Assembly (NCBI GenBank): GCA_041391365.1
Contig: JAWKOC010000001.1
Location: 514,068 to 578,067 of the forward strand
Source: Bdellovibrionota bacterium
GTDB lineage: Bacteria; Bdellovibrionota_G; JALEGL01; JAGRMV01
Length of the DNA stretch: 64,000 bases
Direction: 5' to 3'
Shown: positions 8,600 to 16,321 of the stretch, one piece after another
How the letters are laid out: the number at the start of each line of letters is the position of its first letter
Position numbering within the stretch: the stretch's first letter is position 1
Made by a program: the position numbers and the translations under genes
Notes under the pieces: model-generated
Database searches by the model: none
What the model was told of the DNA's origin: nothing
Seen by the model: only the letters and a program-made list of their open reading frames with translations

Positions 8600-9658
8600 T
8601 TACTTCCAAGGCATTACGGCTACTTTGAAAGGGCTGGCGTTGAGATTTTCGGAGAAAAACTCAGGAACCTTTTCAAGGTCAATCTTTTCTGTGACCAAAA
8701 TGGATGGATCGAACAAGCCTTCGCTCAAATACTCCAACGCCAATTGAAAATATTGAGGAGTGTGATGAAAGACTCCTTCTATTTTAACCTCTTGATAGTG
8801 AACACGGTGGGTATCGAGTTCGAAGGTGGAACCTTTTTTGCAGCCACCAAACAAACATACTGTGCCACCTTTTCGAGTCATGCTAAAGGCTTCTTTCCAC
8901 GCTTGTGGCTGTCCAACAGCTTCAAGTACAACATCTGCTCCTCGTTGTTCGGGGCTTTCTTGGATCACAGCATCTATGGTGTCTTCTACATTTTTCGCAT
9001 TGATGGCTTTTCTTGCACCCAATTCCAATGCTCGATCCAATTTGTCTTCATTTCTTCCGACAGCAACAATATCTACGCCATGTTTTGCGGCCACCGCTGT
9101 AAAAAGAAGACCCATGATTCCACAACCGAGAATCACAACATGATTTCCTTTTTTCAAACCCAGACGATGAAAAGCATGCACAGCACATGCCAGAGGCTCT
9201 GTCAGTGCAGCGGTTTCAAATGGCATAGAATCAGGAATGACATACATGTTTTTCTCAACGATTCTTTTGGGAATTCGTATGTACTGTGCATAGGCCCCAT
9301 TGAGAAGCTCCAGTTTTTCACAAAGATTGAACTGATCTCGCTCGCAAAAAAAACAATCACCACAGGGTGCCGAGTTGGCCGCTACGACTCTCATCCCTTG
9401 TTGAAATTGAGTGACATGTTCACCTACTTGATGAATGGTGCCTGCACATTCATGACCGAATGGACTTGGGTAGTTCTTTCCAAGAAGAACTGGATGACCC
9501 TGTCGAAAGGCTTTCATGTCGGTTCCACAGGTCAGCGCAGCTCCAACTTTGACAAGAACTTCATCGGGTCCAATGGAAGGAATTTCAATCTGTTCGAAAC
9601 GGATGTCTTCTGGCGAATAAAATCGAACAGCATCCATTTTTTTTGTGGTGGTCATCAT
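8600..9658 (-). CDS. zinc-dependent alcohol/polyol dehydrogenase (MDR family)
   Basis: GTDMKAF, GHECAGT, the structural-zinc cysteine cluster CGDCFFCERDQFNLC, and Rossmann GCGIMGL. Start taken at MMTTTKKMDAVRFY. Confidence 0.85.
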   Translation of the reverse strand: MMTTTKKMDAVRFYSPEDIRFEQIEIPSIGPDEVLVKVGAALTCGTDMKAFRQGHPVLLGKNYPSPFGHECAGTIHQVGEHVTQFQQGMRVVAANSAPCGDCFFCERDQFNLCEKLELLNGAYAQYIRIPKRIVEKNMYVIPDSMPFETAALTEPLACAVHAFHRLGLKKGNHVVILGCGIMGLLFTAVAAKHGVDIVAVGRNEDKLDRALELGARKAINAKNVEDTIDAVIQESPEQRGADVVLEAVGQPQAWKEAFSMTRKGGTVCLFGGCKKGSTFELDTHRVHYQEVKIEGVFHHTPQYFQLALEYLSEGLFDPSILVTEKIDLEKVPEFFSENLNASPFKVAVMPWK

Positions 9659-9660
9659 AT

Positions 9661-9804
9661 CTACGCTTGAAAAGATACTTTTTCTTCGTGAGAGCAGGTA
9701 AAACAAATCCATACTTCATCTCGAATCACCAGAGGAGACTCACAGTTTGGACAAGTCTTTGTGAGTTCTTCAGGGTGCTCTGGGGGTATTGGGTTTGTAT
9801 TCAT
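9661..9804 (-). CDS. small zinc-ribbon protein (47 aa)
   Basis: CPNC...16 residues...CFTC; its stop lies 2 nt before the dehydrogenase start. The longer ORF-track version overlaps the divergent gene and is hydrophobic junk. Confidence 0.4.
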   Translation of the reverse strand: MNTNPIPPEHPEELTKTCPNCESPLVIRDEVWICFTCSHEEKVSFQA

Positions 9805-9843
9805 TTCTTTACTTTCGCCCTGTGCAATATTAGTTAGAGAATT

Positions 9844-10326
9844 ATGAATGACATAGCACAGGGCGCACCCGATCGTAAAGATGATTCTGGATGGGTAGAG
9901 CGAGAAGGTTGGACAGAGGAGTGGAATCAGGTCAAGGATGCTCCCGAAGATCAGTTGGAGCGCAACAAACGATATGGGCAAGTTCGGCAATTTTTTGATG
10001 AGCCCAGCTATTATGCTCTACGTGTGTTTCTTCCCAAAAAAACACCCTCTCATCGTTTTGTGTACCAGTATGGGTTGTCCAAAACTCTTCCTCCCTACAA
10101 AGTAAAGGCCACCCTTGGCAGTCCTACCTTGGTCGCCATTTCTGGAAAATTGGAAGACCCTTCCTTGGAAAAGTTGTGTGGTCATGTCAATTCTTTCCCA
10201 GATCGATTTTCGATCGAATATCCCTTACCCTCAGAAGTAAAAGATATTGAAATCATTTATAAAAAAGATGATCCCTATGTGGTGGATGTTGTTGCGTACA
10301 AAGTGGGGTCATCGGACTCTGAATGA
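9844..10326 (+). CDS. hypothetical protein
   Basis: Clean 160-codon ORF with an ATGA overlap to the next gene. No recognisable family; only a vague beta-sandwich/ACD-like pattern. Confidence 0.5.
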   Translation: MNDIAQGAPDRKDDSGWVEREGWTEEWNQVKDAPEDQLERNKRYGQVRQFFDEPSYYALRVFLPKKTPSHRFVYQYGLSKTLPPYKVKATLGSPTLVAISGKLEDPSLEKLCGHVNSFPDRFSIEYPLPSEVKDIEIIYKKDDPYVVDVVAYKVGSSDSE

Positions 10327-10874
10327 AGATCGCGGTGAATTGGCTTCGTAAATCACTGGTTTTTGGATTTGGGCTGGTTTTTTTGGCCCTGATCATTGCG
10401 GCAGTGTTGCCCCCTAGTTTTGAAGTTGAGCGATCTGTCATGATCGAGGCCCCTGTGATGACCGTTTATGATTCTGTGGCGAATTTTGATCGTTGGGAGA
10501 AATGGGGTCCTTGGTTTTTCATCGAACCTGATGCTACATTTCGTTACGAGGGAGAAATGGGCTATGTGGGTTCGAAGCACTTTTGGGATGGAAACTTGCT
10601 GGGAAAGGGCAGTGTGACCATGTTGGATGTCAATCCTGGGGAGTCCCTTCGCATGTTGGTGCGTTTCGAAAAACCTTGGTCTTCGACCATGTTGGGAGAG
10701 TTCTTTTTTGAAAGTTTGGGCAAAGAAAAATGCAAGGTTACCTGGGTCAACGAGGGAGATTTATCCTATCCCATCATGAGAATTTTGGGCGTTTTTGCGA
10801 AAAAAAAATTTGAACATCAATTTGAACAAGGGCTACAAAACCTGAAAAAACTTCATGAACCCAGCTCCACATAG
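10323..10874 (+). CDS. SRPBCC (START/polyketide-cyclase-like) family protein with N-terminal membrane anchor
   Basis: FEVERSVMIEAPVMTVYDSVANFDRWEKWGPW is the typical SRPBCC opening. TM helix at residues 10-30. Confidence 0.7.
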   Translation: MKIAVNWLRKSLVFGFGLVFLALIIAAVLPPSFEVERSVMIEAPVMTVYDSVANFDRWEKWGPWFFIEPDATFRYEGEMGYVGSKHFWDGNLLGKGSVTMLDVNPGESLRMLVRFEKPWSSTMLGEFFFESLGKEKCKVTWVNEGDLSYPIMRILGVFAKKKFEHQFEQGLQNLKKLHEPSST

Positions 10875-10901
10875 ATCCATCAACTTGTGAGCAAGATTTT
10901 T

Positions 10902-11264
10902 TTATTTTCCAAGAATGAGTTTGATGCTCGCAACCAGCATCATAACCCCAAAAGCTACCTTTAGATTTTTTGCAGGCACATGTTGGGCAATCAAAGCCCC
11001 CACCGCAACACCCACAAAAATACCCAATGCCACCATCAGTGAACTTTTGATGGGTATGCTGTATTTGTTGTAGTATTGGAATGCACCCAACATTCCTACG
11101 GGCAGTAGCATAGCGATCAGAGAGATGCCTTGGGCTTCATGCTGGCTGTGGTGAAAAAAAATCACCAAGGCCGGAACCATAAGAATTCCACCGCCTACAC
11201 CAAATATTCCGGAAAATACTCCGGTAACTGCTCCTAACACCAAGTATGCATAAAGCGAGTTCAT
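10902..11264 (-). CDS. TauE/SafE-family (DUF81) membrane protein, short form
   Basis: GIFGVGGGILMVPALV motif and four TM helices. Start at MNSLYAYL forms an ATGA overlap with the upstream stop. Confidence 0.75.
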   Translation of the reverse strand: MNSLYAYLVLGAVTGVFSGIFGVGGGILMVPALVIFFHHSQHEAQGISLIAMLLPVGMLGAFQYYNKYSIPIKSSLMVALGIFVGVAVGALIAQHVPAKNLKVAFGVMMLVASIKLILGK

Positions 11265-11695
11265 CGCGTAGGAAGCACTTTGGGCGCAATCCACGTCGAT
11301 TTTACAGTCTTTTCAAAAGGACCGTAAAAAGATCTGCAGGAAAGCGTATAAATCAAGGTGACATTGGGTGGAACAGAATCTTTGGTGTTGGGGTTGAGAA
11401 GTCCACACTGAAACTCATTCAAAAAGTTATAGGCACGAAGACCTTTTCGGGTTTCTCCCGGGCGCAAGGATTCACTCAAAAATGAGTAAAACTGCACGAC
11501 AGGCTTTCCAAGCCATATCTCAACATTGATCCCATAAATTTGTAGTTCGCGAGGCAGTAGATTTTCGACATCCACAGCGAGTTCCACATAGGGAAGGGGG
11601 TGAGTTTTGATGGTCAAGAACCTCTCATGCTGGCTTGCACAAGAGCGAATTTGAGTTTTTTTGCCAGCTTTCTGGAAAAATCTGTTTGCGAACAA
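11261..11695 (-). CDS. hypothetical protein (5' end probably lost by a frame break in a 7-nt homopolymer at 11656-11662; likely true start ATG 11742)
   Basis: AAGGAG plus 7 nt plus ATG at 11742 opens MEVRKPITCPEHSAGDCSQTDFSRKLAKK. This joins the 144-aa ORF if the A run (minus strand) is one base longer. Confidence 0.5.
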   Translation of the reverse strand: MFANRFFQKAGKKTQIRSCASQHERFLTIKTHPLPYVELAVDVENLLPRELQIYGINVEIWLGKPVVQFYSFLSESLRPGETRKGLRAYNFLNEFQCGLLNPNTKDSVPPNVTLIYTLSCRSFYGPFEKTVKSTWIAPKVLPTR

Positions 11696-11762
11696 TCTCC
11701 GGCAGAATGTTCAGGGCAGGTGATAGGTTTTCGGACTTCCATAGTGACACTCCTTAATGTGA

Positions 11763-12806
11763 TCATAGTTGAGAAAACGTCATGATGGACGAAACCTCAG
11801 GACGAAACAAAAACTGACTGTGGTCTATATCATTCTCTGGGCCAGCTTCGCAAGCTACAATCAATCGTAGTTCAAATTGCCCAGATCCACTTCCTCGTAG
11901 AATGTAGGTTACTTTATTTATAGCCTTTTTTGAGTCTACAGAGTGGGGCAAAAGCTGATCGAAAACCAAGAAAGCATCGACAAGATCAGAAGCGAAGCGA
12001 TCACCAAAACCAACAAATTCCTCGAAGGTGCATTCAAGTTCTGTGGTCGTTTCAAAGGAGTGCTTGTCATGGGGTAAGGGACGGGTTGCAAAGTATTGCA
12101 AGTACATATGGTCAAATTGTCGCTGCGTATGCGTGCAGATCAATTGATATAAGTCTAAGAGATCAGAAACGTAATTTTCATGGGTCGCCAGAATGAGAAA
12201 TTCAGAAATGAGCGTATGTCTTCCAACTTGGGTTTCAACAGCTCGAATCAAATAGGGGAAAGTTTGTTTTTGAAACCAACGACTATGTCTCAATGAAAAG
12301 TCCTGATGTTGATGATGGCCATCTTGACAGTGAAGAGAAAAATCTTCGAACATGGAATACACCTGTGAAGACTTTAGTTGCAAATGGGTCGCGAAAGGTT
12401 TGGAAAAGCATCCTATGAAACGCAAAACATTTTCCATACGATCCGCAAAAGGCAAATGAATCTGTAGGTTCTTTCCATCAAAAATGAGCTGGATCTGATC
12501 TTTGCTTCCCGTAGATTGAGGGGCGACGACAAAGGGAATTTTTTGTTTTGTAAGATCATGAAGTTTTGTTTTTAGATCTCTTATGGATTGTTCTTGATTT
12601 GTAGAATATCGATGATGATACCCAAAAGATCTGATCCAGTGTTGATTCAATTCAGACAATGTTGATGTATTTTGGGTTGAAATTCGGGCTGAAATCATTT
12701 CTATCAAAGCCGTTGAATCAATGGCCGAAGAAATTTTTTGAAAACAAGACCAAGCTTGTTCAAAGGAAGAAAAATCCTGGTCTGCAATGTAGGTAGATTC
12801 AGGCAT
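11763..12806 (-). CDS. hypothetical protein, translationally coupled to E1 beta
   Basis: 347-codon ORF whose start lies 1 nt after the E1 beta stop. No recognisable motif; contains a His-rich patch, CQDGHHQHQD. Confidence 0.6.
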   Translation of the reverse strand: MPESTYIADQDFSSFEQAWSCFQKISSAIDSTALIEMISARISTQNTSTLSELNQHWIRSFGYHHRYSTNQEQSIRDLKTKLHDLTKQKIPFVVAPQSTGSKDQIQLIFDGKNLQIHLPFADRMENVLRFIGCFSKPFATHLQLKSSQVYSMFEDFSLHCQDGHHQHQDFSLRHSRWFQKQTFPYLIRAVETQVGRHTLISEFLILATHENYVSDLLDLYQLICTHTQRQFDHMYLQYFATRPLPHDKHSFETTTELECTFEEFVGFGDRFASDLVDAFLVFDQLLPHSVDSKKAINKVTYILRGSGSGQFELRLIVACEAGPENDIDHSQFLFRPEVSSIMTFSQL

Positions 12807-12807
12807 C

Positions 12808-13866
12808 TTATGCTTGCGTCTGACAAAGTTGTATCATTGCGTCCTGTATCGATTTTTTTTGAGGCACTTGAACACTTTCCAACGTCCATGCCAATCCAAT
12901 TCCAGGAGTGTTTGCACCGGCCAAAAGTTTGGGGGCTGCTTTGAGTGAATAGAAACAATGTTCGGAAATTTTTCGTAGAATGTGTTCTCCAAAGTTTGTC
13001 ATTTCTGTGTCTTCGTTGACCACCAACACTCGACCTGTTTTGTTCACAGAGTCATACAATGCTTGTTCATCAAGCGGAATCAAGGTTCGTACATCAATGA
13101 CTTCAATGGAATAGCCATGCTGATCCAAACATTCTTTGGCCGCACTTACACACAAGGGCAGTGTTCTTCCGTAACTGATGACGGTAAGATCACGTCCTTC
13201 CACACAGGTCTTGGATTTTCCAAGAGGAATTTCAAAATCTTCAAGTTTGGGCCAATCAGGTTTCCATGACTTTCGATCTCCAACGGGAGCATCAATCATT
13301 GCAGACAATTGCTTTGAATCTTCTGGTTCTCCAGGAATTTTTTCTTCTCCTTGTGCGCGAATCAGGGCTTTGGGATACATGAACAGTACTGGATTTGGAT
13401 CTTTGATCGCTGAAATCAAAAGTCCGTAAGTGTCTTTTGGATTTGAAGTCAACACAACTTTCATGCCTGGAATGTGTGTCGCAATGGAATCAAAGGAGTG
13501 GGAGTGATAAATAGAGCCGTGAATTCCTGTACCAACAGGGGTCATGATCACCATAGCCAATGGAAACTGTCCTGCACTTGTCCACAATGTGTTGCCTGCA
13601 ATTTTTAACAAATCAATGGTATTGAAAATATAGTCACAAAACTGAATTTCTGCGACGGGTTTTTGGTCTGCCATGGCAAGACCAATGGCCATACCGATGA
13701 TTCCTCGTTCGTCGAGAGGAGTGTTCCAGGCTTTCTCCAATCCCTGTGTGCAAGTAAATACACCTCCCAGCGGAGCTCCAACATCTTCTCCGAAAATATC
13801 CTGCACTCCAAGTTCGGTTTCTCCTTTGTGGAGTGCCATGCGTATGGCTTGGGCAATGGTTGCCAT
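12808..13866 (-). CDS. branched-chain 2-oxoacid dehydrogenase E1 component, beta subunit
   Basis: FGEDVGAPLGGVFTCTQGL, NTPLDERGIIGMAIGLA, AEIQFCDYIF. About 30 extra residues before the PLGKS motif. Confidence 0.9.
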   Translation of the reverse strand: MATIAQAIRMALHKGETELGVQDIFGEDVGAPLGGVFTCTQGLEKAWNTPLDERGIIGMAIGLAMADQKPVAEIQFCDYIFNTIDLLKIAGNTLWTSAGQFPLAMVIMTPVGTGIHGSIYHSHSFDSIATHIPGMKVVLTSNPKDTYGLLISAIKDPNPVLFMYPKALIRAQGEEKIPGEPEDSKQLSAMIDAPVGDRKSWKPDWPKLEDFEIPLGKSKTCVEGRDLTVISYGRTLPLCVSAAKECLDQHGYSIEVIDVRTLIPLDEQALYDSVNKTGRVLVVNEDTEMTNFGEHILRKISEHCFYSLKAAPKLLAGANTPGIGLAWTLESVQVPQKKSIQDAMIQLCQTQA

Positions 13867-14831
13867 CAGTGAGTCTCCTTGAAGGTGTGGTCAAAAATGG
13901 TTTCTCCTGAAGGGAAGGGTTCCTCTCGAACTTTTTTGAGATCTTCCAAAGCTTGTTCTTCGTATTCTTTTCGAATGGAATCACAATCTTCTTGTGCAAA
14001 AACTTGTTCTTTGATGAGCACCTGTTCAAAATCTGTAATGCAATCAATTTCATGGTCGACACGATTTCCACCGGAAGATGAAGAATGTCCATGCAATCGA
14101 GATACATAGGCTTCCAAGCAAAAAGGTTTGCGTTCCTTTCGAACATAATCCATGGCCTGCTCAATTTTTCGATAGGAGGCAATTGGATCATTTCCATTGA
14201 CGGTTCCCCATTTGATGCCAAATCCTTCGGCCCGTTTTGCAATCACTTTGTCGCCATGTACTTGATCAAAAGGTGTAGAAATCCCAAACTGATTGTTCGT
14301 GACAATGATCAAGATGGGTAGTTCTTGTCCAGGTCGACTGCTCCAATTCAAACAGGTAGCAAAATCTCCCTCCGCCGCCAGCATCTCCCCTGTCACAATC
14401 GTAATGCCTTGGCCTCCGTGTTTTCGCTGAGCGTGAGCTGTTCCTATGGCAATCGAATACTGCACTTCAATGGGGGAACTCACAGGCATAACATTCCACT
14501 CTTTGATTGCGTAGTGGCTCACAAAGTTTCTGCCTTGAGAAAAAGGATCTGTTTTTCGATTGGCCATTTGTCGAATGCTGTCAATCATGGGTGAGCCCAT
14601 GGCCAACAAGGATGCAGATGCACGATAATGAAAATGACAATAGTCAAAATCTAGGCCTTGTCCTTTGCGAATCAAAAGCCCTAGAGGGACATTGAAAGCT
14701 TCTTCTCCCGGACCACCAATCCAAAAATACCCATCTTCAGATTTGCTCATTTTGATGAGACGTTCTTCCAATACTCGCGCCTGTACCATCAAACGATAGA
14801 TGTTTTCCAATTCTAGTTTTGTCAAACCCAT
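13866..14831 (-). CDS. branched-chain 2-oxoacid dehydrogenase E1 component, alpha subunit (divergent)
   Basis: HYRASASLLAMG, ...EGDFATCLNW...IIVTNNQFGIST, VNGNDP. The ThDP motif reads GEM instead of GDG. Confidence 0.85.
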   Translation of the reverse strand: MGLTKLELENIYRLMVQARVLEERLIKMSKSEDGYFWIGGPGEEAFNVPLGLLIRKGQGLDFDYCHFHYRASASLLAMGSPMIDSIRQMANRKTDPFSQGRNFVSHYAIKEWNVMPVSSPIEVQYSIAIGTAHAQRKHGGQGITIVTGEMLAAEGDFATCLNWSSRPGQELPILIIVTNNQFGISTPFDQVHGDKVIAKRAEGFGIKWGTVNGNDPIASYRKIEQAMDYVRKERKPFCLEAYVSRLHGHSSSSGGNRVDHEIDCITDFEQVLIKEQVFAQEDCDSIRKEYEEQALEDLKKVREEPFPSGETIFDHTFKETH

Positions 14832-14834
14832 CTT

Positions 14835-15506
14835 TTAGGTCCGGTTGGATGGTTGGATTTGATTTTTGTTGGAAGATGACTGAGTTTTTTTTCGAGGCGC
14901 AATATGAATGGGAAGACCCAGAGTCGTTTCTGCGGTTTCCATCATGATTTCTCCAAGGGTTGGATGAGGATGTACCGTAAGAGCAATATCATCAACAACC
15001 GCCCCCATTTCAATGGCCAAACTTGCTTCACTGATCAAGTCGGAGGCATGTGCACCAATGATATGAACGCCCAATACTTTTCGTGACGATTTTTCAGCAA
15101 TCATTTTGACAAATCCTTCACTGGAATTGGTCGACAAAGCTCTTCCCAAAGCAACAAAGGGAAACTTTCCAGTGATGTAGTCAATGTTTTGTTCTTTGGC
15201 TTGCTCTTCACTGATTCCTACAGAGGCGACTTCGGGGTCTGTAAAGATCGCTCCGGGCATCGCGCGTACATCATAGAGAGTTTCATGTCCTGCGATGTTT
15301 TCTGCGGCAATGATTCCTTGTTTGGATGCGCGGTGAGCAAGAAGGGGACCTCCAGTAACGTCGCCGATTGCATAAATGTGTGAAACATTGGTTTGCATCT
15401 TGTCATTGACGGAAATCTTTCCTTTCTCTACGGTCACACCTGCTTTTTCAGCGCTGACAACATCTGCATAAGGTCTTCGCCCAACGGCGAGAAGAATCTT
15501 TCGCAA
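14835..15506 (-). CDS. lpdA: dihydrolipoyl dehydrogenase (E3), C-terminal fragment (frame break at 15499-15501)
   Basis: KILLAVGRRP, IYAIGDV, and the interface-domain HPHPTLGE motif. Joins ...TISCE of the N-fragment if the A3 run (minus strand) is A4. Confidence 0.85.
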   Translation of the reverse strand: MRKILLAVGRRPYADVVSAEKAGVTVEKGKISVNDKMQTNVSHIYAIGDVTGGPLLAHRASKQGIIAAENIAGHETLYDVRAMPGAIFTDPEVASVGISEEQAKEQNIDYITGKFPFVALGRALSTNSSEGFVKMIAEKSSRKVLGVHIIGAHASDLISEASLAIEMGAVVDDIALTVHPHPTLGEIMMETAETTLGLPIHIAPRKKTQSSSNKNQIQPSNRT

Positions 15507-16300
15507 GAAATGGTTTTTGCTCCGTCTTTGGTTTCCACACTCAACTCAATTCCATGCGAGGTTTTTTTGTAGGAAGAGGCTTTGGAAGATAAGTACAAAT
15601 CCAATCCTTTTTTCTTAGCAATTCTGCCCAGCTCTTTTGCAACTTCTTGATCCACACCTGGAAGCAACTGATCCGTCAACTCAATGATCGAGACTTTGGC
15701 CCCTAGTTTTTTGTAAAGCATGCCGATTTCTAAACCGATCACGCCACCACCAATGACCGCAAGTGCATCAGGAACTTTTGTCCAATCCAATGCTTCCCTA
15801 GAATCAAATACAGACGTTCCATCGATGGCAAACCCAGGAATCTCTATGGTTTTTGAACCGCACGCAATGACGGCTTGCTCAAATTCGATCAAATAGTTTT
15901 TTCCATTTCCCGTTTGAACTTCTACCGCATTGGAAGACACAAAATGCGCTTGGCCTTTAAAAATTTGTCCACCTGAGTTTTTTACCAATCCTGCAATGCC
16001 GCTGGTAAGTTTTTCGATCACAGATTTTTTCCATGCTTGTGTTTTGGCAAGATCGATGGAAACTTCTTTGCAAGATAGTCCCATTTCAGAGGATGATTGC
16101 ATGTTTTCATAGGTTTTGGCGGCATGGATCAAAGCCTTGGAGGGAATGCATCCCCAATTCAAACAAACACCTCCCATGTTATCTTTGTCAATCAGGGCAA
16201 CTTGTTTTCCCAATTGCCCCAAGCGAATGGCAGCCACATATCCACCGGGACCGGCTCCAATGACAACAACTTGTTTAGAAATTTTTTCTGTTTGAACCAT
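15434..16300 (-). CDS. lpdA: dihydrolipoyl dehydrogenase (E3), N-terminal fragment
   Basis: VVVIGAGPGGYVAAIR, redox centre GGVCLNWGCIPSK, second Rossmann VIGGGVIGLE. Confidence 0.85.
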   Translation of the reverse strand: MVQTEKISKQVVVIGAGPGGYVAAIRLGQLGKQVALIDKDNMGGVCLNWGCIPSKALIHAAKTYENMQSSSEMGLSCKEVSIDLAKTQAWKKSVIEKLTSGIAGLVKNSGGQIFKGQAHFVSSNAVEVQTGNGKNYLIEFEQAVIACGSKTIEIPGFAIDGTSVFDSREALDWTKVPDALAVIGGGVIGLEIGMLYKKLGAKVSIIELTDQLLPGVDQEVAKELGRIAKKKGLDLYLSSKASSYKKTSHGIELSVETKDGAKTISCERFFSPLGEDLMQMLSALKKQV

Positions 16301-16321
16301 GAGACATTCCTTTCCAAAAAA

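Noticed and set aside
8327-9670. 447-codon ORF on the plus strand
   Set aside because: It lies entirely antisense to the MshEN-domain gene and the Zn-dependent dehydrogenase, both of which carry clear family motifs. Its translation is low-complexity with no motif, so it is a shadow ORF.
13634-14242. 202-codon alternative-frame ORF inside the E1 alpha/E1 beta genes
   Set aside because: It is on the same strand but out of frame with two strongly conserved genes, has no start-site signals and is Arg/Ser/Pro-rich. It is not a gene.
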